The notes under the pieces were generated by a model, which saw nothing but the letters and a program-made list of their open reading frames with translations, had not been told where the DNA came from and made no database searches. A program made the position numbers and the translations under genes. Of a stretch of 64,000 nucleotides of DNA, positions 25,801 through 38,550 are shown piece after piece. The stretch comes from Balanoglossus misakiensis (lineage: Eukaryota > Animalia > Hemichordata). Every line of letters starts with the position of its first letter. Position 1 is the first letter of the stretch. Location of the stretch: the NCBI GenBank assembly GCA_040954595.2, contig CM082579.2:3709227-3773226 (forward strand), written 5' to 3'.

Positions 25801-28800
25801 TTAGAACAAGGCAGAAGTTAGAGAGGCCTCCAGACAGACAGTTACAACTGGCTCCTAAATTCGGTCTGAATCCTCTGGGACTATTAGGTCTCCCAACAAA
25901 GGAGCACATATCTCACAAACAATAAAACTGACACCTCATATAAAGAAATCTATAAACATGAACTACCACCTCCAGGAATTCTATTTAAAAGTCAGAACTG
26001 TAACTTTGGCTTTTTTAGCACTTCTCCTCTGAATATGAATTATTCTTAATGTCCAACAACATTTAATAAGCCACCATTCTGCCATGATCATGTATGACCA
26101 GTGTTATTGTTTTCAAATAAATTCAAGTCCTGATTTAAATTCAGTTTTCAACGACAACACTGCACCGAGAACATAGGGGCTGTGTTGATAAAGTGCACAC
26201 TGGAAATTTCCTTTCTGTCCTACGAGTTGGCCAAGAAAAGGGAAGTCGATACACACGAAAAATAAAGTACTAAAATAATTAACAGCCAAAAGTTACAGCT
26301 GCTGGGGCTTGAAGACTAAACTCTGTTATCAACATAACTCAGGTGATGACCGGTTGCCTGGTTATCTTGGGAACCAGTTTGGGAAATGTTTAACCTCTAG
26401 AGTTCAATGTCAATGTGACATGCAGCGGACAAGTACAGACAAGATTTTAATCCAAAACGATCGATGAAAACACTCATGATAGCGGTCTACAGCAGTAAAT
26501 AACTGGCCCCGACAGAACATCAAGATCCAATTCCAAACATCCATTACAGTGACCAGACAACTAAAATATTATCAGTATTTCCAATTAAGCGCGTACTAAA
26601 GAACCGAAAGAACTCAACCTTGGGAGTTTATTAACTCCCTTCAATCAAATTGTTACTGTTCACTTTATTATCTTACTCTGATGCGCAGCCCTGGCATTTT
26701 AGTGGCGACCACGCTGGTATCTGCCCAGGTGATCAGCGGGATTTGTGGTATTCCTGACACTTTTTTCCCAACTTTTCCACTGACACACATCTGTTGCTTA
26801 AAACACAGATTCTTTTCATTCAGTTGTGGGACTATTTAATCATATTGACTTGGCATCTGGTTGTCATGATCGAGTACATTGCCAGTGATTTCGGAGTGTG
26901 GTTCTTATCGCACAAGTGACACATACCATTAATGTCACCAACTTTGGGGCAACAAAGAGATCCTATTTATGTTGTTTTTTCTCCACCCTGTTTTTTCAAT
27001 CGATTGACTGAAGCAATTATCACCTCCGTCCCACACTGTGATGTGTCAACACCGCCATCACAAAGAGGAAGAATAACTTCATCAGAGACCATGAAACTAC
27101 TTAACCATTATATAAACACCTGTTACAGGGAATGTTTTTTACATTTTCCAAAATAAATGGCAACTTTTGTTGTAATTTACATGTATTACTTTTTTTAATT
27201 TGGGTAATGAACATCACACCTCAGTACACCAGTTATACAGCAGAAGTCACCATTATCACAATGGAGAACAATTTTATGGGTCACTTAGTACACAGAGACA
27301 TCTGCAACTCAAAAGAGATGAAGCCACGATTTGTATCACAGTTTTTTCCCTTTTAATTTTGAATTTCAGAAAATCCAAAGTGGGTCGGTCATCATTTTCA
27401 ATATTACTCGACTGATAGCACTTCTTTTGTTAGGAGTTAATATCAGAAAACCTTACAACAAAAGGCTTGTCCTAATCTCCCCCCCCCCCCAACTCCTGTA
27501 TGTATTTAACTACTAATCTTCTGATAGTCTCCAGGGGTAGTGCTCAAAATTGCTGCACAATTTAATCTACTGGAGTTTGTCTGCTGTAATCTCTACAGAA
27601 TAAATTATGATTTATCATTCACACAAGTGCATACAGTTTAACCGTCCCAATTTCCTTGGTGAGTTTCTATAGATGCTTGAGTTGACTCCATAACTTTGTA
27701 AATTACGATGCAATATCACAATGAAGGAAGCTAGGAGACATTTCACTACCTCGGAGGGACTTCAAAATGTTGTTATCAGCCGAGTGTTTGACAAAATCTA
27801 TTAATCACTGCAGTACACTATTTACAGTGCAGGCAGTGCAAACCCAGCATGTCAGTCTGTTTGAAATGGACTTGTGCAAAATGAGATCAAGAGATTTGAC
27901 TTGTATGCTAATAGGTTGGCATGTTACAGGCAAAAGGCAACATCGCTTCACATAGCATTGTGCTTGTCTTTATAGCAACCATGTCAGCCACCCTCTCCAA
28001 AACTGTAAACATTGTGGTCAACTTGAGTATTTCCAGCAAGTTTTAATAATAGCAGATCTTTGCTCCCTATAATCTCTGCTTGTGCTGTGTATTTGCTAAC
28101 ACTGGTATCTCTCAGCCGATGCCAAGATATTTTATAGAATGAACAGACTGCCTGTTTAGTTGCTGGGTGATCATTAATTTCCATTTTATCAAATACATCA
28201 CTATTGAGAGGTTTGCGTTGAAGTACGTGTGGCAAATTTCACACTGGTGATATATGTTACAATTACGTGAGTAACACGTACATTCTCTTGTTTTTGAATA
28301 GACCCAAAAATGTCACTGCACATGAACAGAAATTTTTTCACTTATTTGATCTCAGTGGTGACTACATGCATGTAATCTTTATTTGGGCAAAACACCACAA
28401 AAACAGCCATGCATGTCCCTATTTTAAGAAAAATGTTTATTTCATATGTTCACATTCAAAAGCCACTCATGCATACAAAGTTCCCACTTGAAAATTTCAT
28501 TCCCACTGATTGCATCAACATATTTATCCCTGTTTACACATAGCGGAATAGATGGATGACTTGACGAACCTCTCCTGGATCTGTGAGGCTTCAGAATTTG
28601 ACACGTACACCCTGTGAAATTCAGCCATTCTTCTAGTCTTGCAACTATGCAGATAGCTGGTTTTCATTCAGTGATGTGAGACAGTCAGTATATTTTCCTT
28701 TTCCAGTCGAGAGCTTGAATCACCACAAATGACAACTACTAGTATTTTCTGACCCTTCAACATCACCCACAACCAAAATCGACAATTTTTATATTTTCAT

Positions 28801-29176
28801 TACCTGATCTGGGCACCCCACTGGGTGATCTAAGTTTTGATTAAAAAACTCGAATCTGTGCGCCATTTGTTAACCTTTGTATATAAGTTTTAACGCAACG
28901 AAATTGAGTTCATAACTTTAGATGTCATATTCACAAAATGTGAAATTTGTATAACCTAAAAACATAGCACAGTTTTTCCCCAATAGTTCCAGTATATTCC
29001 AACTGGTCCAGTACAGTAAAGCATGCATATAAATCATTTTTCACTAGTCCATAGATTGATGAATGTAGAGAGAAAGAACATACCTTCCTTTCTATCTGTT
29101 TTTCAATTGGTATATAGGTGATGACAAGACAGCCAATGATGACTTTGCATAATGAAACTTACTGCAAAACCTTTCA

Positions 29177-29434
29177 TCACTTTCTGAGGAACGGGCGGAG
29201 ACACTCCTGGATGCCGTCTCGAAACTTGATGCCGTCCGTGGTGATGCCCATACCTTCGAGACGAGATCGGTCAAGGTGAGCGTTGTAGGGTCTTGGTGCC
29301 CCCTTGGACGGCTCCTTGTCGCCGATGATGTGGTCATCTGGCAGACCGAAAACCTCACTCATGGTCTTCGCCATCGTGTACTTTGTCATTGGTTCCTCGG
29401 AAGTCCAGTGAAAGACTCCCTTGACCGAAGAATC
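29177..29434 (-). CDS. MAT2B: MAT2B terminal coding exon
   Basis: ttttatggcag|[10 protein letters not shown]...CLRPFLRK*; in frame with ORF 29177..29449. Confidence 0.92.
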   Translation of the reverse strand, partial: DSSVKGVFHWTSEEPMTKYTMAKTMSEVFGLPDDHIIGDKEPSKGAPRPYNAHLDRSRLEGMGITTDGIKFRDGIQECLRPFLRK

Positions 29435-32400
29435 CTGCCATAAAAACAAATATCAACGTCACGCTCATGCGAATTAAACCTCAATGGTTTAAGTGCAATA
29501 TTAATAAAATATGGCTGAAATTATTTTATGGAAATGAACTAATATCACTCCTGTCTACTATTATAGACACTTCCTCTGTGGTCATAGAATATTATCTATT
29601 TTAACCCACAGAGTGTGACCTGTATCTATGAATAAATGCTGAAATATTAAAAACTTTTTCAAATATAATAAATATGTGTCACTTTATAGATATCTATTCA
29701 ACAGAATCCCTCCAACCCAAAGGGAGAATTTTAACTAATGGGGCACTGTGCAAACACCACTGGCTGATTAAAACCACCTCGTAGAAATGAAATGGCACAG
29801 GCCTGATAACTAGAAAGATTTAATGGATTTTCATCAACTGGGAAATCATCAATTACAGGGCATTGTTGCCTCATTACAACCACAAGCCACCACCTTACAG
29901 TGAAAGATAAAAGGAACAGCTCCTTTGAAACTGTAAACAGATTTTCCTTGAAGAAAGCTTCATTCAGTTAAGTCACACGTGTGTGGGATTTGATACTTGT
30001 AATCAAATTACAAACCAGATATCTTCAAGTACTTTAACCGAGTAAAATAACAACACGAGTGGAAAACATCCCAGCTATCAGAAAACAATTTTTTTTACAC
30101 TAGTTTTAGTTAGGAGGTTTCACATTCGATAAATTGAAGGAGAGTTCTTCATTGTAACAGAAAAGCTTTTAGGTCAAATTTTCCAAATATGCTGTTATCA
30201 CACTGTTGTTGGTTTGAATGGGGTTTTTAAGTTCATTCATTGGATTTCAAAGGAGAACGTCAGAACGTCAGAAGAGGTGTTCGTTTGATGCGTGAATAGG
30301 ACTTCGTGTCTCTACACAAACATGTGTTAATGAATCAAAGAAATGAGGTTTACTGAAATGTGGACATATAATATGGAAACTGGGATGGAGCAATGGAAAA
30401 GGGGTTTTGCATGGAAATTCCCAGACAGAGGAAACGTCGGCTACAGGGGGTTTCGGAATGTGGAAATAGATCAGCGGGACAGGACTAAGAGATTAAAGTG
30501 GGATTAAGAAACATTTTAAGGGAATTTTTCTTTGGAGAAATCCCATAAGCCGGCTTAAAATTGTACGACTGTTAAGTATTGCCGGAAGAATTTCCTATTC
30601 TTCCCACAGTTCCGACTTAATCTCTTCAATTTAACAATTAACAGATGAAAGTCTCCCGTGTCACAGGATTTCATTTTCCGCCGATCGGCAGGGAAGGCCT
30701 GTGGTCATTTGCGGATGCACGGGCCTGAAAGTCTGAAGGAAAGCAAGTTGGGACGGAATTCAAATTCGCAGCCAGGAGAAGAAACAAAAAAAAAACTGAC
30801 TGATATTTCAGTTGACATGTCTCTAAGGAAAATGCTTGGTGGAGACAAGATGTAATTACGTTATCATTTGTATCGCGCAGTGCAGACATCCCGGGAAAGC
30901 TATCAGCAAGCAGCGTCCGTCACAAAAAAAAGCTTTCAAAGACGCCGGGCAGTATTACCCCCTCACGCTGCAAAACCTGCCAACGGAATTCTCTTTAGAT
31001 TGTATCGCCTCCCCCAGTATATCTCTACATCCAGTGAGTTTTACACACTTACCAGATGTATTCACACTCCTGGTTATCGTTTGTCAGCTTTTTTAGCTCA
31101 ACATCTGCTGTGCGGGCAACCTACTGTTGCCATGGCGACCCAAACCCCAACGAAGTTAATCATGATGACGTCATTGGAGAGTGGTGATGCTTGTCTCATG
31201 AATATCATTCTTCACACACTCACACAGTGTGTGTGCGTGTGTGACCATGACACCGAGAGAAGCTTCTTTATAGACTGTTTAGTTTGTGAGACTCAGTATC
31301 TGCAATTTGGCAAATTCCTTTCATTCCATTATGCCTCCTTAAATAAACCCATCACTTTATTGATCACTCCACCAACCTTGCACAGGAAGATGAGTAGAAG
31401 TCAATGGTGTTGAAAGAAAAGAAATCGTTCTAATGATAAAACCATGCAGACACCAAAAACGCCACATGAAAACAGCCTGCACACATGGCGTCTTTGTTTG
31501 TAACTGCTGTCTGTTTCAATTCTGGATTTCGCCTAACATCTACCACGCATCGTAAAGTGAGAAGTACATTTCCTACTGGGGGATAACACAATTACTCCAT
31601 CTCACCTCCAGTCTCTTCTCTGCCATTTTTCTGATGATGACCGCAATGTCCCTCACGTGAGTTGGATGTCGAATTTCATAGTCGGACATGGGTGCTGGTT
31701 TACTGGTGTCCTGCACTGGGTTGAACAACACTGTGACTGCACTCTCTGCCAGATATTCTACTTCACCGTAAAGGATAGGAATCCTCAGAATTGCTGATTC
31801 TAGGAGATAAAAACAAAATATGTCGTGTGAGAAAAAATGGCTGTAATCAAGTACCTGTTGAGCGACTCTGAAAAATCCCAGATTCTGGGAAAAGATTTGA
31901 AAGTGACAGAAACTGAAACTGAAGAAGGTAACATACCAGGGTTATTTTCAAGAGTCACCTTTTCGCCATCCAGTTTACTTTTTCCATACTTGTTGAGTGG
32001 ATTTGTTTGGTCATCTGTCTTGTGTGGAGGAGATGTACCATCAAAGACATAGTCTGTGCTGATGTACAACATAAAGGCACCATACTCCACTGGAACAAAA
32101 TACAATTTTCTGTTAATAAATTGGTGGTAATCAAATCAAATAAAATATATCAGTGAAGTTTTATCTCAAATTTGGGTTTCTTTTTAAGAACACTGTTGGG
32201 GCTCTCTTCTGATAATTCTCCTGAGTCACCAGTGAGTCTGTTGAGTCAGTGGCACGTCATATGGGCTAAGTTCTGACAGTGATACATAAGAGAATTTGGG
32301 TGACCTCCACTCATCATTCGTCTTCATTACTTTAGAAGAAAGCGAGCCAGAACAGTGAATTCCAACTGCAGGATGTTTAGAGTGAGGAAATCTGATCTCC

Positions 32401-33709
32401 GATCATAAATCCTGAATTCCTGACAGCAAATCAGCAAAAATCCCCTCTTAAGAGAGCCATTTTTCATTTCGTCTGGATTGCCTGCGTACTTCAACACCGG
32501 CGGGTCAGCGGGATTACACAAACTTTACAAGACCCGGCAGATCTGCATGACTGGGTACGCCCTTCCGCGCAGAGTAGATCCCAATGACAGATGACTAGCG
32601 GCCGGGTCATGGGAAAGAATAACAGAAGTCAGGCATGAGTGGCTCTGTTTTGATATCTGCAGGGGGAAATTTTAGAATCTCTGGACGCGGGCAACAGTTT
32701 CTTTCAAACCGACAGAAGATTTCCTGAAATTCCTCCAGTGGTGGCAAGAGGGGTGTTTGGGGTTTAATGATTCATCAATTACTATCGGAGATGACAGTTT
32801 ATAAGCAAAAGGGGTTTCATATTCGTGTAAACATGTTTTGTTTGGCATTGGCCTTTTGACTGAAGTTGTGCCTGCACTGAGACAGTCACATTACACTCAG
32901 GAACTTATGTTTGATGAGCTTGAATTTGTCTAATTAAACCCCAAGAAATGAGATTAAAGCTAGCACAGTATATGAAAAACAAGCCAATGAAAACTTCCAC
33001 AAAACTTTTGTTTACTTTGCATACAAGAGCATTTTATCATCTGAACTATAGGTGGCGCTAATCTACATCCTGCGAGACAAGTTAGTTCTGTAGGTTTGGT
33101 GAGTACCCCTTCTATTATTATGACAATGAAATCCCCTTGAAAACTGTGCTGGTTCTAAATTAGATGCCTAAAAATTGTAAGCATAGTTTTACCGCAAAGT
33201 CTTGCAATCATGGCAGTGCTGTCCACATTCAATCTCTTGGTGGCCTCTTCCTGTTTCTCCACCACATCTGGTCTTCTCTCAGCTGCTGAATGAATGACAA
33301 CTGATGGCTGCAAAGAAATAAAAGACAGGTAAAAAGAAGAAAGTACAAAATCTACAAAGATGTTTTAATAGTGTGACAATTACATCTGAGGTGCGTATTT
33401 TGCTTCTGTACGCATTCAACTCCATAAAGTTTAGATTGACAGCTAGGAACCACACTGATTTTTTTTGTTTGGCTCATTTAAAGGGGCATCATCTGTGCCT
33501 GTACAGCTTTTAAAGGGGACAGAGTGACCAACCTTGAATTCTTCAAGAACTTTCCTGACTTCACCCTCATCCTGTATATCAACTTTCCTCAATCCACCTT
33601 TGGCTCTGCTGAATGCGCAACCTAGTGTTTCCCAGGATGCATTGCGAAACTCGTTCAATATCGGTCTGCCCAACAAACCTGACGCCCCAGTGATCAACAC
33701 CCTCTTCAT
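29177..33709 (-). CDS. MAT2B: Methionine adenosyltransferase 2 subunit beta (RmlD-like SDR fold), join(complement 33533..33709, 33193..33307, 31937..32089, 31606..31799, 29177..29434), ~298 aa
   Basis: Motifs [82 protein letters not shown]. All introns GT-AG with matching phases (0,1,1,0). A few extra N-terminal codons from an upstream exon are possible (acceptor at 33726). Confidence 0.95.
31126..31173. promoter_or_regulatory. RFX X-box plus CRE palindrome in a MAT2B intron (candidate enhancer)
   Basis: GTTGCCATGGCGAC at 31126-31139 and TGACGTCA at 31166-31173. Confidence 0.5.
31606..31799 (-). CDS. MAT2B: MAT2B coding exon
   Basis: tttatctcctag|[25 protein letters not shown]...[20 protein letters not shown]|gtgaga; 194 nt. 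Confidence 0.92.
31937..32089 (-). CDS. MAT2B: MAT2B coding exon (STDYVFDG, YxxxK)
   Basis: ttttgttccag| ... |gtatgt; 153 nt; in frame with ORF 31800..32105. Confidence 0.93.
33193..33307 (-). CDS. MAT2B: MAT2B coding exon
   Basis: tttgcag|[38 protein letters not shown]|gtaaaa; 115 nt; not in the ORF track. Confidence 0.92.
33533..33709 (-). CDS. MAT2B: MAT2B coding exon (Rossmann GxxGxxG)
   Basis: [16 protein letters not shown]...EEFK, donor AAG|GTTGGT; exon starts at 33725 after cttttattgcag|. Confidence 0.92.
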
Positions 33710-35460
33710 TCTTTGCTGAACAGCCCTGCAATAAAAGAGAATGGCCTTCTTAGCTTACCGTTTTTTATGAAAATGGTAACACTTAAAATATCTTTACATT
33801 GATCATTTTCTTTTGAAATCATGGGCATGCTCTAAGTCACAAGAGGGCGCCCAATGAATCATAACCACTAAACCACAGCTCTTACTCTTACTATAGTTGT
33901 TTCCCCATGCAGGAACATTGACTGGGATGATCTCTCTCCACTATGCTTTTTAATGAGCAGAAGAAAGTTATAGAGGGCGCACAACTATACCAGTAGTTAA
34001 TGAGTGAAGTAAGTTTCTTTAAAAGCATAATGATTTATATTAACCCTAAAGAAGGTGAAGTGACAGAAAAATGAATTAAAAACGAGCAAAACGCAGTAAA
34101 GTTAATGAAACGAAGCAATTAATTATTTGGCCCACACCACACTGACGCTTCAAAGAACAAAACATTTAAAAGTCACTCTACTGTGTCTTGTAATAACGAG
34201 CTATGAACAAGAGACAATGAAAAGTATCATTAAGAGCTCAATAGCAAGAAATGATGACACATGTACGTAGTTAATTTGATGACTTTACTCAGCCCTTTTG
34301 GTGTCCAGTTTAGACATGTTAACTAGTGTACAAGTCTTTGCAGCTAATACAACACCTCAGAAAAATACGACCTCCCCCCCCCCCCCCCCCCCAAGTCATA
34401 GAATGAACCCCATTCTTTATCACTCCATATTCAGTAGCAGTTGTCATATGGTACCACTATTGTATGTATTTGGCAAAACAGATGATGTCACAGTATCCCA
34501 AAAGACTACTTTCATGATCATTTTTTTGTGTTTATTCAGTGTTAATACACCCTGTATAGGTTGACAACGCAATTCATCCACACTTCATTTTTCTTGATAA
34601 ACCGTTCATCTGAGAGGAATTTCTCGCCCAAAACACACACACAAAATTCCAAACTCATGAAAAAAAGAATATAATGCTTCGAAAAATTGATTAATTTCTC
34701 TTTCGCGAAACCTGACAAGTCCGGTGAAAAGATCCATTGGATACACATTTAGAGACTTATCCTTTTGAATTTTCCATTCTGTCCGAGCAGAAGTTATCAG
34801 CAGTGCAGTTGCACAAACATAAAAAACACACACATATTCCGCTCACAATAATCTTTTACAAATTTCACTGTGCCGTACACTTTTATGAATCGGATGTGTG
34901 CAGCACTCCAACAATTCACTGACAGTTGTCATTCATCATCATCGACATAAAACAAATTCAGACCGATTATTTGATATGAAAAGAAATCAGCACAAAAGGA
35001 GAAAATAAAAACGCATGTTGTACAATTTCCTGGACAACCGAGTAAACACTGTTAAATAGCTCCAAATGGACCCGTCCTGATATGATACGGAAAACCAACA
35101 AAGAGCAAAGATACAATCATCATCTCGCCCCCAAGAGCAGAATTCCATTTTTTTCTCCCCACTGACAGCGAGTCCTGATGACTCTGTTTCAAATGTAAAT
35201 GCACTGACTGATACATGCGATTATTTTCTCGTGTTTCATCAGTGCAGTACAGAAGGCAATCTAGGAGTACATTGATCCAATATTAGGTTTTCTGTTTTCC
35301 TCAATATACCTGACAGCAATCGAGCACTTTAGAGGGATCATCAAACCTGGTCATCTCGGCTCATATCTTCGTTTGACTGTAACAGATCATTTGCCTAATA
35401 GTCTGTCGCAGTATTCGACAAACAAATCTAAATATCTTTTTCTATCTGTTTAATACTCCA

Positions 35461-35517
35461 TATCATATGTAATATCTCGTATCTCACGTCATATCATAAT
35501 CATCATATATCATATCA
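35461..35517. repeat. Degenerate (ATATC)n simple repeat
   Basis: tatcatat...catatcataatcatcatatatcatatca. Confidence 0.6.
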
Positions 35518-37005
35518 TGGCATGCCAATTGCCATGCCATTACTTGAAGTCTATGGTTTCGTAGAAAATAGTGTAGAATTACTTCTGGTAATTATCTTTG
35601 TTATCAAGTTATGATTGCTGTAATAAACTTATTTGTCTGAGAAATACAATCCCACTAGGGGTAGTAGGCTGTGTCTGGTGCAGACAGGTACACAACGCAA
35701 AAGTTAAAACTTAAATGGAAAGTCCCATGTAAACTCTGTAACGTGCAAAAATAAGGTTTCCCACACACATCCCTCAAGATAAAGTGAGAAAAAAATATTA
35801 GAAGATGAACCTGCCAATGTTTGTTCAGCCCTGAGAACAAATAACGCCTTCATGTCATGACTCACTTTATCATAAACCTGCATTTAGACCAGACCCTCAA
35901 TCATTGCTTCAAAAATCCTGTTAAGTTGGGGTCAGCGAGATTGTACTAAGAGACAAACGTGTATGTCGATGTTGACATGTTAATAGGAACAAATTTGACT
36001 CTCTTATTAATTTCTGCGACTGTCCTATTACTCTGTTTTGCATGTAAATTGTCTTTTTTTCCCTTCATCACTATGATAGATTTGTCCAATTTCTATCGTG
36101 ATGTATGACCTGTCAGCCGCTATCAAATGTGACTGCTTATTCTCCCAGATCACCATATTTTTCTATTGAGTGTTATTACAAAGCGGCGGCCTAAGCCTGA
36201 ATTAATAAAGTTATGTTCTCCCCGCACATAAACTGGCGCTGTGACTCCACAAGTCAGATATGTCGAGTGGGATGAGACGTTCAATCACATTTATCCCCCC
36301 TATAAATTTGCTCGGTTCATATCACATGTGGTTTATAGTGAGTGACCTTGCTCATGATTGCTCCATGGTGCACGTATAGAAATATGACTCGGATGAACAT
36401 CAATGATATAATTGAGTCTCGGTGAAAAAAAGGTCAGTCCCAGGGGAGAATTGTAATATAAAGAAAAGATTCCAAATAGCAAAGAGCAGGTTCATGCAGA
36501 TATAGTAGCCATCACATGAACAAGTGTAATAATTAAAATTACAGTCTTCTAAATCAAACACAAGAATGGAAATCCAACACTAGAATCTATTATTGATTAA
36601 TTACATTTCAACGGCAGATTCCTGACTTGCTCCTTTCGGAAATGAAGAAAATTAGTCACACAGGAAGTCTTTGGGTATTAATTTTTGGGGGCTCAAATTG
36701 CTAAAATAAATCATTTTATGATTGAATGATTTATTTAATTTGGCTTCAACAATTTATTTCTGTAGCTTATTGTCCATATATCGCATTTGCAACTCCATCC
36801 CTTGACTTGGAATAGGATTTACTGGCTTCTAAAGGAATAATTTTTGTAAGAAGTGGTGTCACTAAAATTTACCCATCTTTCATCAATGAGGTTGAAGTTC
36901 ATATATCATATTAAAGATGATCATGTCACAAATATGCATCAACTTGACTTCTTACTAGTTAATGTCATCCATAAATGTGCCCTTCTAAAATAATAGGAAT
37001 ATAAG

Positions 37006-37047
37006 AATAATATGCATCCAAATTATTAATTTTGGATGCATATTATT
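37006..37047. repeat. Perfect 17-bp inverted repeat with 8-nt loop
   Basis: AATAATATGCATCCAAA-ttattaat-TTTGGATGCATATTATT. Confidence 0.9.
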
Positions 37048-37253
37048 ATTATTGTTGTTTGTGTCCCAATCCTCCTTCCAACACAAGTAAAAACGATGGT
37101 TGCTTTAGTTAAAAATTGGTATAACGGTGTGGTGGTGTGAAAGGGGCGTGGCTGTCATGTTATGGCCCAGCGTCTGTACAGTGTATTCTACAGTAATAGT
37201 ACATGTTTTAACCTTTTTTCGTGTGCCAAGTGTTAAGTTAGTCTTCACTTTAC

Positions 37254-37512
37254 CTATGTGATATTCAACTCCACCGCCAAAAAATCTCAGGAGCAGCAAA
37301 CAAACTTGCAAAACCTTGTTCACTTTACACTATATGCCAACGTAGCAGACAGCTGCGGCCTGGTTGTTTGACCCCAGGTGACCCTTGACCCCACGAAATC
37401 GTACAATACATGCGCAGTTTTGAATTATTATAATTTCACGTGCGTGCAAGACCCCTGAACTGAAGCAATCGGGCGACGGCTTTGATAATTAAATTTGTCC
37501 ATATAAGGAGAG
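37254..37512. promoter_or_regulatory. Putative bidirectional promoter with first (probably non-coding) exons of MAT2B (-) and TMEM33 (+)
   Basis: Outward-facing donors: AG|GTAAAG on minus at 37253 and AG|GTAAGA on plus at 37513. The interval has several CpGs, CATGCGCA (NRF1-like half site, ~37409) and three TGACCC half sites. The two genes are head-to-head. Confidence 0.55.
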
Positions 37513-38403
37513 GTAAGAAATATGTATTTTGTTGTGAAGACCATTGATTATTTACACAATATTTGACATCTTGCTTTCATGTGTTCTAGTTTCATTTTCG
37601 CCGGTCATATCATAGCACGACATTTTCTCCCTTGTCATCATCTGTTTTCGACTCGATGCCGGGTGACGTTGTAGAAATTAAAGCGTTGAGATCCATCGAT
37701 GCTTTAGTGTCACGATTAATGATACATATGATGTCACCTATATGTGAAATTAAAGCCATCGGACGCTTTATTACACGAGCAGAGCTTGAACATGAATCTT
37801 GTAACGTTTGTACGGAATCTATTCCTCAGTAGGTCGCCATTTTGAACAGCGCCCCCAATGATATATGCCCCAAAATTATTTTCTGTACTGATCATCCAAG
37901 TCAAACTGATTTTAATGCTGTTTAGTATTCCCAAGACCAATAATGTTGTCATAATATCATTTATGAATCATATTCTCTAGAGATTTTTGATGTGTCATAC
38001 ATATCTATAGATGTTATCTTGTATTTGAACTATTAAAGTCTTGCCATTGTAATGATGGTTCTGTTCCAGACAATTGTACTTGATCATGATGTCACAGATC
38101 ATGATGTGAATATGATACTGTAAAGTGATCGTACCAGATGGCTATCAGGACAGTAACCGCTGTTCAGACATGCCCCAATCACTGGTCAGGGTTAAGAATA
38201 TGGAGAGGGTCAGGGTCAGGGTTGGTGATACAGTGACAGGAAATGTCCCACAAACACCAGGTGACTCGACAGAAATCGCTGAGTCATCTTCACATCCAGT
38301 TTTCCAAGAAAACAGCATAGAAAAAGATGGCTCATCAATTTTTCAGAATTTGACAAACATTTTCATGTAAAATATGGACAGTTTCAGATCGAGGGGCAAC
38401 AAG

Positions 38404-38550
38404 ATGCCGATCATCGAAGAAGTGACGGAGGACGAACCAGAGGTGGGCAGCTCAGCCAGCGGAGGAGGGTCTGCGGGAGACGCGTCATCCAGCGCTGCCA
38501 GCGGAGGGTCTGCTGGGTCAACACCAAGACAGGGAAGTCGCTCTGTATCT
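38404..38550 (+). CDS. TMEM33: TMEM33 first coding exon (acidic and Ser/Gly-rich N-terminus)
   Basis: Acceptor tttcag| at 38387, ATG 38404 (MPIIEEVTEDE), donor |GTAAGT at 38551, phase 0. Confidence 0.8.

Noticed and set aside
30868-31413. 181-aa plus-strand ORF inside a MAT2B intron
   Set aside because: Non-ATG start, no recognisable homology, runs through a TG microrepeat; the region looks regulatory.
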